The translations under genes and the position numbers were made by a program. A DNA stretch of 64,000 bases from Rhodobacteraceae bacterium UBA3069 (GTDB lineage: Bacteria > Pseudomonadota > Alphaproteobacteria > Rhodobacterales > Rhodobacteraceae). The notes under the pieces are model-generated. The model was not told where the DNA came from. It searched no databases and worked only from the letters and a program-made list of their open reading frames with translations. Location of the stretch: the NCBI GenBank assembly GCA_002366795.1, contig DFBX01000123.1:83348-147347 (forward strand). The letters run 5' to 3'. The number at the start of each line of letters is the position of its first letter. Within the stretch, counting starts at the first letter, position 1. Below, one piece after another: positions 55,871 to 64,000 of this stretch.

Positions 55871-56950
55871 TCATGCTTCGACGATATCGTCGCCCGCATC
55901 GCTCGAGCCTTCACCCATTTCGAAGTCCAGCCCATGGGCGGCGCGAATCTTGTCTTCGATCTCCATCGCCATGGCCGGGTTGTCCTTGAGAAACTGCTTG
56001 GAATTCTCGCGGCCTTGCCCAATGCGCTCGTCGCCATAGCTGAACCATGCGCCGGATTTCTCGACCACGCCGGCCTTGACCCCAAGATCCAAAAGCTCGC
56101 CTGTCTTGGAAATGCCTTCGCCATACATGATGTCGAATTCCACCTGTTTGAACGGCGGCGCGACCTTGTTTTTCACCACTTTCACGCGGGTCGAGTTGCC
56201 CACGACCTCTTCGCGGTCCTTGACCGACCCGATGCGGCGAATATCCAGCCGGACCGAAGAATAGAATTTCAGCGCGTTGCCGCCGGTGGTCGTTTCGGGC
56301 GAGCCGAACATGACACCGATTTTCATCCGGATCTGGTTGATGAAGACCACCATACATTTCGAACGGCTGATCGAGCCGGTGAGCTTGCGCATGGCTTGGC
56401 TCATCAGGCGGGCCTGAACGCCCACGCTGCTGTCGCCCATGTCCCCTTCAAGTTCCGATTTCGGGGTCAGCGCCGCGACCGAGTCGACCACGACCATGCT
56501 GACCGCGCCGGACCGCACCAGCGTATCGACGATTTCCAGCGCCTGTTCGCCCGTATCGGGCTGCGAGATCAGCAGTTCATCTAGGTTCACGCCCAGTTTC
56601 TTGGCATACTGCGGGTCAAGCGCGTGTTCAGCATCGACAAATGCGCAAACCCCGCCCTTTTTCTGTTCCTCGGCCACGCAATGCAGGGTCAGCGTGGTTT
56701 TCCCCGAAGATTCAGGGCCATAAATCTCGATGATCCGGCCCTTGGGCAGACCGCCGATCCCCAGCGCGATGTCCAGACCCAGCGATCCGGTCGAGGTCGC
56801 CTCGATCTCCTGCACGGGATTGTCCGCGCCCAATTTCATGATCGAACCCTTGCCGAACTGCCGTTCGATCTGTGCCAGCGCGGAATCCAGCGCCTTTTGC
56901 TTGTTTGCGTCGCGTTTGTTATCCATCGAAAGAAGATCTGCCGTTGCCAT
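55871..56950 (-). CDS. recA: Recombinase RecA
   Basis: [41 protein letters not shown]...[10 protein letters not shown]... ATG 56950 with AAGGAA upstream. Confidence 0.97.
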   Translation of the reverse strand: MATADLLSMDNKRDANKQKALDSALAQIERQFGKGSIMKLGADNPVQEIEATSTGSLGLDIALGIGGLPKGRIIEIYGPESSGKTTLTLHCVAEEQKKGGVCAFVDAEHALDPQYAKKLGVNLDELLISQPDTGEQALEIVDTLVRSGAVSMVVVDSVAALTPKSELEGDMGDSSVGVQARLMSQAMRKLTGSISRSKCMVVFINQIRMKIGVMFGSPETTTGGNALKFYSSVRLDIRRIGSVKDREEVVGNSTRVKVVKNKVAPPFKQVEFDIMYGEGISKTGELLDLGVKAGVVEKSGAWFSYGDERIGQGRENSKQFLKDNPAMAMEIEDKIRAAHGLDFEMGEGSSDAGDDIVEA

Positions 56951-57001
56951 TGTTTCGTTCCTTATTCCACGTCCCGAGGGGGGCGGCAATGACCGCCTTG
57001 T

Positions 57002-57016
57002 GTTCTTGCCTTGTTC
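57002..57016. promoter_or_regulatory. LexA (SOS) box upstream of recA
   Basis: GTTCttgccttGTTC, 52-66 nt upstream of the recA ATG. Matches the alphaproteobacterial GTTC-N7-GTTC direct repeat. Confidence 0.7.
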
Positions 57017-57131
57017 TCATTCTGTATGAGACCAAAACAGGAACATTTCAACTAAAAATTTCGCCACCCTACTTTTGCGAAAGATGGTTAAAGAGTAGTT
57101 TATGAGAAAATAAAAAGGGGCCGGGGGCGGT

Positions 57132-57728
57132 ATGCTGGTATTCTGGAAAGAGCGTTTGGTGTTTTTATCGGTTCCGAAAACCGGCACCACGGCCTATGAA
57201 TCGGCACTCGCCCCCCGTGCCGCCATTGTGGTGAACGACCCACCCGAGCTGAAGCATGCGCCGGTCTATCGCTACAATCGGTTCTTCCGCCCGATGTTCG
57301 AAAAAGCCTGCAAAACCGACAACATGGAAACGATGGCCGTGATGCGCGAGCCCGTTTCCTGGCTGGGGTCGTGGTATCGCTATCGCCGCCGCCCCTTCAT
57401 GAAGGGTCATCCCAAGGGCACCCATGACGTTAGTTTCGATGCATTCGTCGATGCCTATTGCCAAGGCAGCCCGCCTCCCTTTGCCAATGTGGGCAGCCAG
57501 TTCAAATTCCTAGAACCGCGGCCCAACGGGGTGAAGGTGGATCACCTGTTTCACTATGAAAACCAGCCCGCGCTCCTTGCGTTCTTGCAGGACCGGCTGG
57601 GAGTCACCGTCGAAACCGAAAGAGAGAACGTGTCACCCCAGATGGAGCTGACACTTTCCCCGCAGATGGAGGCTAAACTGCGTCGCAAGCGGCCAGAGGA
57701 GTTCGAGCTTTACGACTCCATCGCCTAG
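57132..57728 (+). CDS. Sulfotransferase-family-like protein
   Basis: N-terminal RLVFLSVPKTGTTAYE (PAPS-loop-like), then MREPVSWLGSWY. Confidence 0.62.
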   Translation: MLVFWKERLVFLSVPKTGTTAYESALAPRAAIVVNDPPELKHAPVYRYNRFFRPMFEKACKTDNMETMAVMREPVSWLGSWYRYRRRPFMKGHPKGTHDVSFDAFVDAYCQGSPPPFANVGSQFKFLEPRPNGVKVDHLFHYENQPALLAFLQDRLGVTVETERENVSPQMELTLSPQMEAKLRRKRPEEFELYDSIA

Positions 57729-57733
57729 CGCCG

Positions 57734-60043
57734 TTAGTGCAATTGGCGTTGCACCGTTTCGGTCAGATCGCTTAGCGAGAAAGGCTTGGGAAGGAAGACC
57801 GAGTTGGGAATGCGTTGCTGGGCATCCCCGAAACTGTCCTCGGCATAGCCCGACACGAACACCACGCGCACACTAGGGCGCTGTTTCAGCGCCTCTTGTA
57901 CCCAAGTCGGCCCGTCCATGCCCGGCATCACCACGTCGGTGACGAAAACATCGATCGTCAGTTCCTCGTCGCTGAGGGTTTTCAGTGCTTCCTCGGCGGA
58001 ATCCGCCTCAATCACGGTATATCCACGCAGGCGCAGCGCGCGGCTGGCAAAGGCGCGCACCGGAGCCTCGTCCTCGACCAAAAGAACAACGCCATCACCT
58101 TGTTTTGGCGCGATTTTTTCCTTTTTAACGGGCGCAATCTCGGCTTCGACCTGGTTGTTTTCATAGATCGGGAAATACAGCGTGAAACAGGTGCCCTGCC
58201 CCACGACACTGTCCACGAAAATGAAAGCGCCCGACTGTTTGATGATGCCATAGACGGTGGACAGGCCAAGCCCCGTGCCCTCGCCCGTACGTTTCGTGGT
58301 GAAGAAGGGCTCGAACACCTTTTGGAGCTTGTCCTGCGGGATGCCGCATCCCTGGTCCTCGACCTTGACGGTAACATATTGGCCCGCGGGAACGACGGCG
58401 CGGTCGCGCTCCAGCTTTTCGGGCAGCGTCACGGTCTCGGTTTCGATCCGGATCTCGCCACCGCCGGACATGGCATCGCGCGCGTTCACCACAAGGTTCA
58501 TAAGCACCTGTTCCAACTGCCGTTTGTCGGCGCGGATCATCTCCAGCACCGGATCGTGGCTGAGGGTCAGCGTAACCTTCTCGCCCACCAGACGGTTCAG
58601 CAGATGGGTCATGTCCGACAGGGTGTCGCGCATGTCGATCACCTCTGGCCGCAGGGTTTGCTTGCGCGAGAAGGCCAGCAATTGACCCACGAGGGATGCG
58701 GCACGATTGGCGTTCTCAGCGATCTGCATCAGGTCGGAATATTCCGAATCGCCTTGGTCATGGCGCAGCAACAGCAGGTCGCAATGGCCGGATATGGCGG
58801 TCAGAAGGTTGTTGAAATCATGCGCCACACCGCCTGCAAGTTCGCCGATTGCCTGCATTTTCTGGCTTTGAACGAATTGTGCCTCAAGGGTTTTCAGCTC
58901 GGTCGCGTCGTTCAGAACGGCGATCAGCACCGGCTGGCCCGCCTCCAGCACCCGTTTGGGCACGATCTGCACGAATTGCTCCCGGTGGGTGCGGGTCAGG
59001 CGCAGGAATTCGGCATGGCCAAGCCCCCGGCCCGAGGCGGCCTCTCCAAGCCAATCGGCAATCGAGCGGCCAAGCCCTTCCATCAGGTCGGACAGGCGCA
59101 GCCCGTCGCAATCTTCGCGCCCCAACAAGCGGCGCGCGTCACGATTTGACAGCAACACCTCGCCCGAGGGCGAAAGTTTCAGCATCGGCACCGGCAGTTC
59201 GTCGAAAAAGCCCCAGCCGTTGCGATTGCCCCCCGCCTCGCGTGCGGCAGGGAAAAAATAGATCTCGCGTCGGCCCGCGGCACCTTCGATTTCGGCCACC
59301 ATGGTCTCTATCCGGCCAGACGTGGTTGAAACCGGGTTCACATCACCCGGCCGCAGCGGCATTTCCGGAAAGATCCGGTCAAGCGATTTGACCCTCTCCC
59401 CCACCAGCCGGCGCGCGGCCTCGTTCATATAAAGAACCGTGCCGTTGCGCCCGGTCGTAATCATGGGCAGCGTGCCAGCATCGGCCTTGCGCCCGGGCGC
59501 GGGACGCTCACCGATATCCTCGATCCGCCACAGGAAACCGCTGCCATCCAGCCCATGCACTGACAGCCGCACATGGCCGCGCCGCGTCACGACATCCTCG
59601 CGCGCGGCACCTTGCGCCTGCGCCTTGGTTTGAAGCCGGAACAGCACCGCGCCGGGGCTGGCAAACACGTCGCCCAGCACGCCCGCAAGGGTCATCCCGG
59701 ATTTGTCGGAAAAGCGTTCGCTGGCCGCTTCATTGCAATAGAGGATCGCGCCATCGGCATCGGTCACAAAGCCCGGCGCGCTGTCATGGTTGACGAAACC
59801 GGCGACGGCCGACAGGGCCTTGCCCTTTTCATGCCGGTGCCAGCGCACCGAGATAGCCGACAGCAGCAACACGCCCAGCATGGTCGCCCCGGCCGCGTAT
59901 AGCGACAAAGACGCCATGGCATCGGACACCAGGAACGCCGCCACAATGCACCCCAAGCCTAGCCCCAGAAGGGCCAATGCCTGTTTCGCGATGCGGTTCG
60001 ACACCCGCGTGACCGGGCCGGAATTCAGCGCAGTATATGCCAA
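57734..60043 (-). CDS. cckA: Hybrid sensor histidine kinase/response regulator, probably CckA
   Basis: Two N-terminal TM segments, PAS regions, H-box GGVAHDFNNLL, HATPase, C-terminal receiver (VLLVEDE...DVVMPGMDG). TTG start. Confidence 0.75.
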   Translation of the reverse strand: MAYTALNSGPVTRVSNRIAKQALALLGLGLGCIVAAFLVSDAMASLSLYAAGATMLGVLLLSAISVRWHRHEKGKALSAVAGFVNHDSAPGFVTDADGAILYCNEAASERFSDKSGMTLAGVLGDVFASPGAVLFRLQTKAQAQGAAREDVVTRRGHVRLSVHGLDGSGFLWRIEDIGERPAPGRKADAGTLPMITTGRNGTVLYMNEAARRLVGERVKSLDRIFPEMPLRPGDVNPVSTTSGRIETMVAEIEGAAGRREIYFFPAAREAGGNRNGWGFFDELPVPMLKLSPSGEVLLSNRDARRLLGREDCDGLRLSDLMEGLGRSIADWLGEAASGRGLGHAEFLRLTRTHREQFVQIVPKRVLEAGQPVLIAVLNDATELKTLEAQFVQSQKMQAIGELAGGVAHDFNNLLTAISGHCDLLLLRHDQGDSEYSDLMQIAENANRAASLVGQLLAFSRKQTLRPEVIDMRDTLSDMTHLLNRLVGEKVTLTLSHDPVLEMIRADKRQLEQVLMNLVVNARDAMSGGGEIRIETETVTLPEKLERDRAVVPAGQYVTVKVEDQGCGIPQDKLQKVFEPFFTTKRTGEGTGLGLSTVYGIIKQSGAFIFVDSVVGQGTCFTLYFPIYENNQVEAEIAPVKKEKIAPKQGDGVVLLVEDEAPVRAFASRALRLRGYTVIEADSAEEALKTLSDEELTIDVFVTDVVMPGMDGPTWVQEALKQRPSVRVVFVSGYAEDSFGDAQQRIPNSVFLPKPFSLSDLTETVQRQLH

Positions 60044-60093
60044 GAGGCCCCCAAAATGCGATTCGTTGTCCCGCCATTAAGCCCGCATAAGGG

Positions 60094-60108
60094 TTAATCG
60101 CCCGTTAA
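60094..60108. promoter_or_regulatory. Perfect CtrA box upstream of the CckA-like gene
   Basis: TTAAtcgcccgTTAA, 51-65 nt upstream of the start at 60043. A second TTAAgcccgcaTAAG lies at 60077-60091. Confidence 0.55.
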
Positions 60109-60186
60109 TCGCTCTGAGGTCAGACTGACATCACAGGCCGGTCTGCTCAAAGAAAAATCTCGGATAAACTGCAAGAAATACCCGAA

Positions 60187-61326
60187 TTATCGCGTTATCA
60201 AAGCAAGATAGAACCCGTCGCCCGACGGGCCGGGCAGCCAGCGATGTTCGGCGGAAAGTTGCCAGTCGGGGTGGCGCGCCACGAATGCGGCCACCTGGTC
60301 GTGGCATTCGTCGTCCAGAACCGAGCAGGTCATATAGGCAATGCGCTGCGTCATCGGGGCGACCTGTTCCAAAATGCCGGCCTGAATGGCCTGCAATTGC
60401 GCAAGGCGTTCGGGGGACAGCGCCCATTTCGCCTCTGGCGCGCGGCGCCATGTGCCCGACCCGCTACACGGCACATCGGCCAGCACCAGATCATAGGGGC
60501 CGGTCAGCGCACCGCTAGGCAGCACCGCAACGTCCACACCCGCACGTTCCGCGCGCGGTTCAAGGTCTTTCAGGCGGTTCGGATCGGCGTCATGGGCCGT
60601 GATACGGGCCTGAACCCGCCCCGCCATGGCAAGGATCTTGCCACCGCCGCCAGCGCAAAAATCCAATATATTCCAATTGCTTTCCAGCGGAAGCTCATCC
60701 ACCGCCGCCTGGCTGGAGCCGTCCTGCAATTCCACCAGCCCATCCGCGTAAGCGGCAGACAGGCGGATGCGCCGTTCGCCCGCGGAAACCCGCAGGGCGG
60801 TGGGGGAAATAGGATCTGGCTCTGCCTCGACCCCATCATTGAACAGACTGGCCAGCGCCCCATCAACCCCGCCCTTGCGCAGGTTCACGCGCAGCATGAT
60901 CGGGGCGCGGTGGCGCAGTACCTCTGCCACAGCCTCTGCCTGATCCCCAAGCGAGGCGCGGAACCGGTCCAGCAGCCAATCGGGCAGGTCGAGCGCATCG
61001 GGGCCTTGGGGCGCATCGCCGCCTTCGCCCTCTGCCAAGGGGGCGGGCGCGTGGCCTTCGCCGGTGAACATCGTCGCGGGGTCAATCCCATCGGCCAGCA
61101 ACGCGCCGATCATCAGCGCGCGCCCGTCCGTGCCCCCGCCCCAGACCGCACAGGACCGCCGCTTGCGCAGCACGCCAAACACATGATCACGGATCGCAGC
61201 GCGGTCCTTTGACCCGGCGAAACGCGACCCGCGCGCCCAGGCTGTCAGGGCGCGTTCGGCGGCGTCACCCGCGACTATCCGGTCCAGCACCTCGATGGCG
61301 GCGGCAATCCGCGCGGCGGGGGTCAT
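60187..61326 (-). CDS. RsmB/NOP2/Sun-family rRNA cytosine-C5 methyltransferase
   Basis: ...ILDFCAGGGGK..., ...DVPCSGSGTWRR... Confidence 0.88.
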   Translation of the reverse strand: MTPAARIAAAIEVLDRIVAGDAAERALTAWARGSRFAGSKDRAAIRDHVFGVLRKRRSCAVWGGGTDGRALMIGALLADGIDPATMFTGEGHAPAPLAEGEGGDAPQGPDALDLPDWLLDRFRASLGDQAEAVAEVLRHRAPIMLRVNLRKGGVDGALASLFNDGVEAEPDPISPTALRVSAGERRIRLSAAYADGLVELQDGSSQAAVDELPLESNWNILDFCAGGGGKILAMAGRVQARITAHDADPNRLKDLEPRAERAGVDVAVLPSGALTGPYDLVLADVPCSGSGTWRRAPEAKWALSPERLAQLQAIQAGILEQVAPMTQRIAYMTCSVLDDECHDQVAAFVARHPDWQLSAEHRWLPGPSGDGFYLALITR

Positions 61327-61368
61327 GCCACATGACCTTTGCCGCGCAAGACGTTGATGTTGAAAGAC

Positions 61369-62916
<1,548 letters not shown>

Positions 62917-62951
62917 TCAACCTGCGGCAAAACCGATGGAAAGGGCATGAC

Positions 62952-63911
62952 ATGGGCAATCACGGATACGAGGGCGGCCGGCTGGACCTGCCATTCGTCG
63001 GCATTTCGACCTTTGGCAAACGGCCCTATGTTCCCGACTGGGCGGCGCTGGACGCCGAGGTGGCCGTGCTGGGCGCACCGTTCGATGCGGGCACGCAGTG
63101 GCGGTCGGGCACGCGGTTCGGCCCGCGCGGGGTACGCGAGGCATCGACGCTGTTCTCTTTCGGTCATGCCGGGGCCTATGACCATGAAGACGACGTGACC
63201 TACCTGCCCGGATCGGTGCGCATCGTGGATATGGGCGATGCCGATATCATCCATACCGACACCGAACAAAGCCATGCCAATATCGAGGGCGGCGTGCGCG
63301 CGGCGCTGGCGGCGGGTGCCCTGCCCGTCACCATCGGCGGCGATCATTCGATCAACATTCCCTGCATCCGCGCCTTTGACGATCAGGGGGAATTCCACAT
63401 CCTGCAAATCGACGCGCACCTGGATTTCGTGGATGAACGCCACCGGGTGCGCCACGGCCATGGCAACCCGATGCGCCGCGCCGCCGAACAGCCCTATGTG
63501 ACCGGGCTGACGCAGGTGGGCATTCGCAACGTGTCCTCGACCGCGAAGGAAGGCTTTGACGACGCCCGCGCCATGGGGTCCGATATCCTGTCCGTGCGTC
63601 AGGCCCGCAAACTGGGGGCTGCGGCGCTGGCCGCCCGTATCCCCGAAGGCGCGCGGCTGTATATCACCATCGACATCGACGCTTTCTGCCCCTCGATCGC
63701 GCCAGGGACCGGCACGCCCTCGCACGGCGGGTTCCTGTATTACGAGGTGCTGGAACTGCTGCAAAACGTGGCGCAACGCCACGACATCATTGGCCTTGAC
63801 CTGGTCGAGGTCGCCCCCGATTACGATCCCACGGGCGGCACCTCTATCCTTGCGGCGCAAGTTTTGCTGAACACGCTTGGCTTCATCTTTCATGCTCGCG
63901 GGTTTCGCTAG
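62952..63911 (+). CDS. Agmatinase/ureohydrolase (arginase family)
   Basis: ATG 62952. GGDHSI, DAHLD, DIDAF manganese-ligand motifs. Confidence 0.9.
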   Translation: MGNHGYEGGRLDLPFVGISTFGKRPYVPDWAALDAEVAVLGAPFDAGTQWRSGTRFGPRGVREASTLFSFGHAGAYDHEDDVTYLPGSVRIVDMGDADIIHTDTEQSHANIEGGVRAALAAGALPVTIGGDHSINIPCIRAFDDQGEFHILQIDAHLDFVDERHRVRHGHGNPMRRAAEQPYVTGLTQVGIRNVSSTAKEGFDDARAMGSDILSVRQARKLGAAALAARIPEGARLYITIDIDAFCPSIAPGTGTPSHGGFLYYEVLELLQNVAQRHDIIGLDLVEVAPDYDPTGGTSILAAQVLLNTLGFIFHARGFR

Positions 63912-64000
63912 GCCGCCAGCGGCAGGCATGCCGTTTATTGTGCTGAAATTGCCGCCGAACGTCTTTCCCTTTCCGCGTCGCGGCGTATGTTGACGCGAAA

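Overview
High-GC chromosomal segment whose gene content and synteny look like an alphaproteobacterium of the Rhodobacterales; this taxon call is inferred from gene order and protein sequences only. It is mostly core housekeeping DNA. I saw no rRNA, tRNA, CRISPR array, transposase, integrase, phage gene or recognisable defence gene. Recognisable content, left to right: partial MttB-family methyltransferase (missing from the ORF track), guaA, BCCT transporter, two EamA transporters, metA, PPK2, rpsI-rplM, a MocR-type regulator, trmFO, gluQ, hisI, and a soluble MCP-like protein. A long minus-strand block follows: recG-ligA, sciP-ctrA, lpxB-lpxI-lpxA-fabZ-skp-bamA-rseP-dxr-cdsA-uppS-frr-pyrH. After it come miaA, ssb, typA, recA, a CckA-like hybrid kinase, rsmB-like, guaB and an agmatinase-family gene. 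Many long ORFs in the track are antisense artefacts of high GC. Points worth a second look: (1) A self-contained unit downstream of recG has an SOS-box-like GAAC-N7-GAAC repeat (the motif also found upstream of recA here), a 40-codon hydrophobic ORF and its own terminator; it may be a LexA-controlled membrane peptide. (2) Three exported-protein genes are broken. The FadL-family gene is frameshifted exactly inside a perfect 20-bp inverted repeat. The di-haem cytochrome c peroxidase gene carries three independent lesions, one in a (CT)6 tract. A lipoprotein gene carries an in-frame TAA. (3) A perfect CtrA box lies upstream of the CckA-like gene. (4) There are two orphan sulfotransferases, a delta-carbonic-anhydrase-like secreted protein, and several unlisted small membrane ORFs. 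I do not see a clear multi-gene novel system; the findings are modest and mostly inferential.
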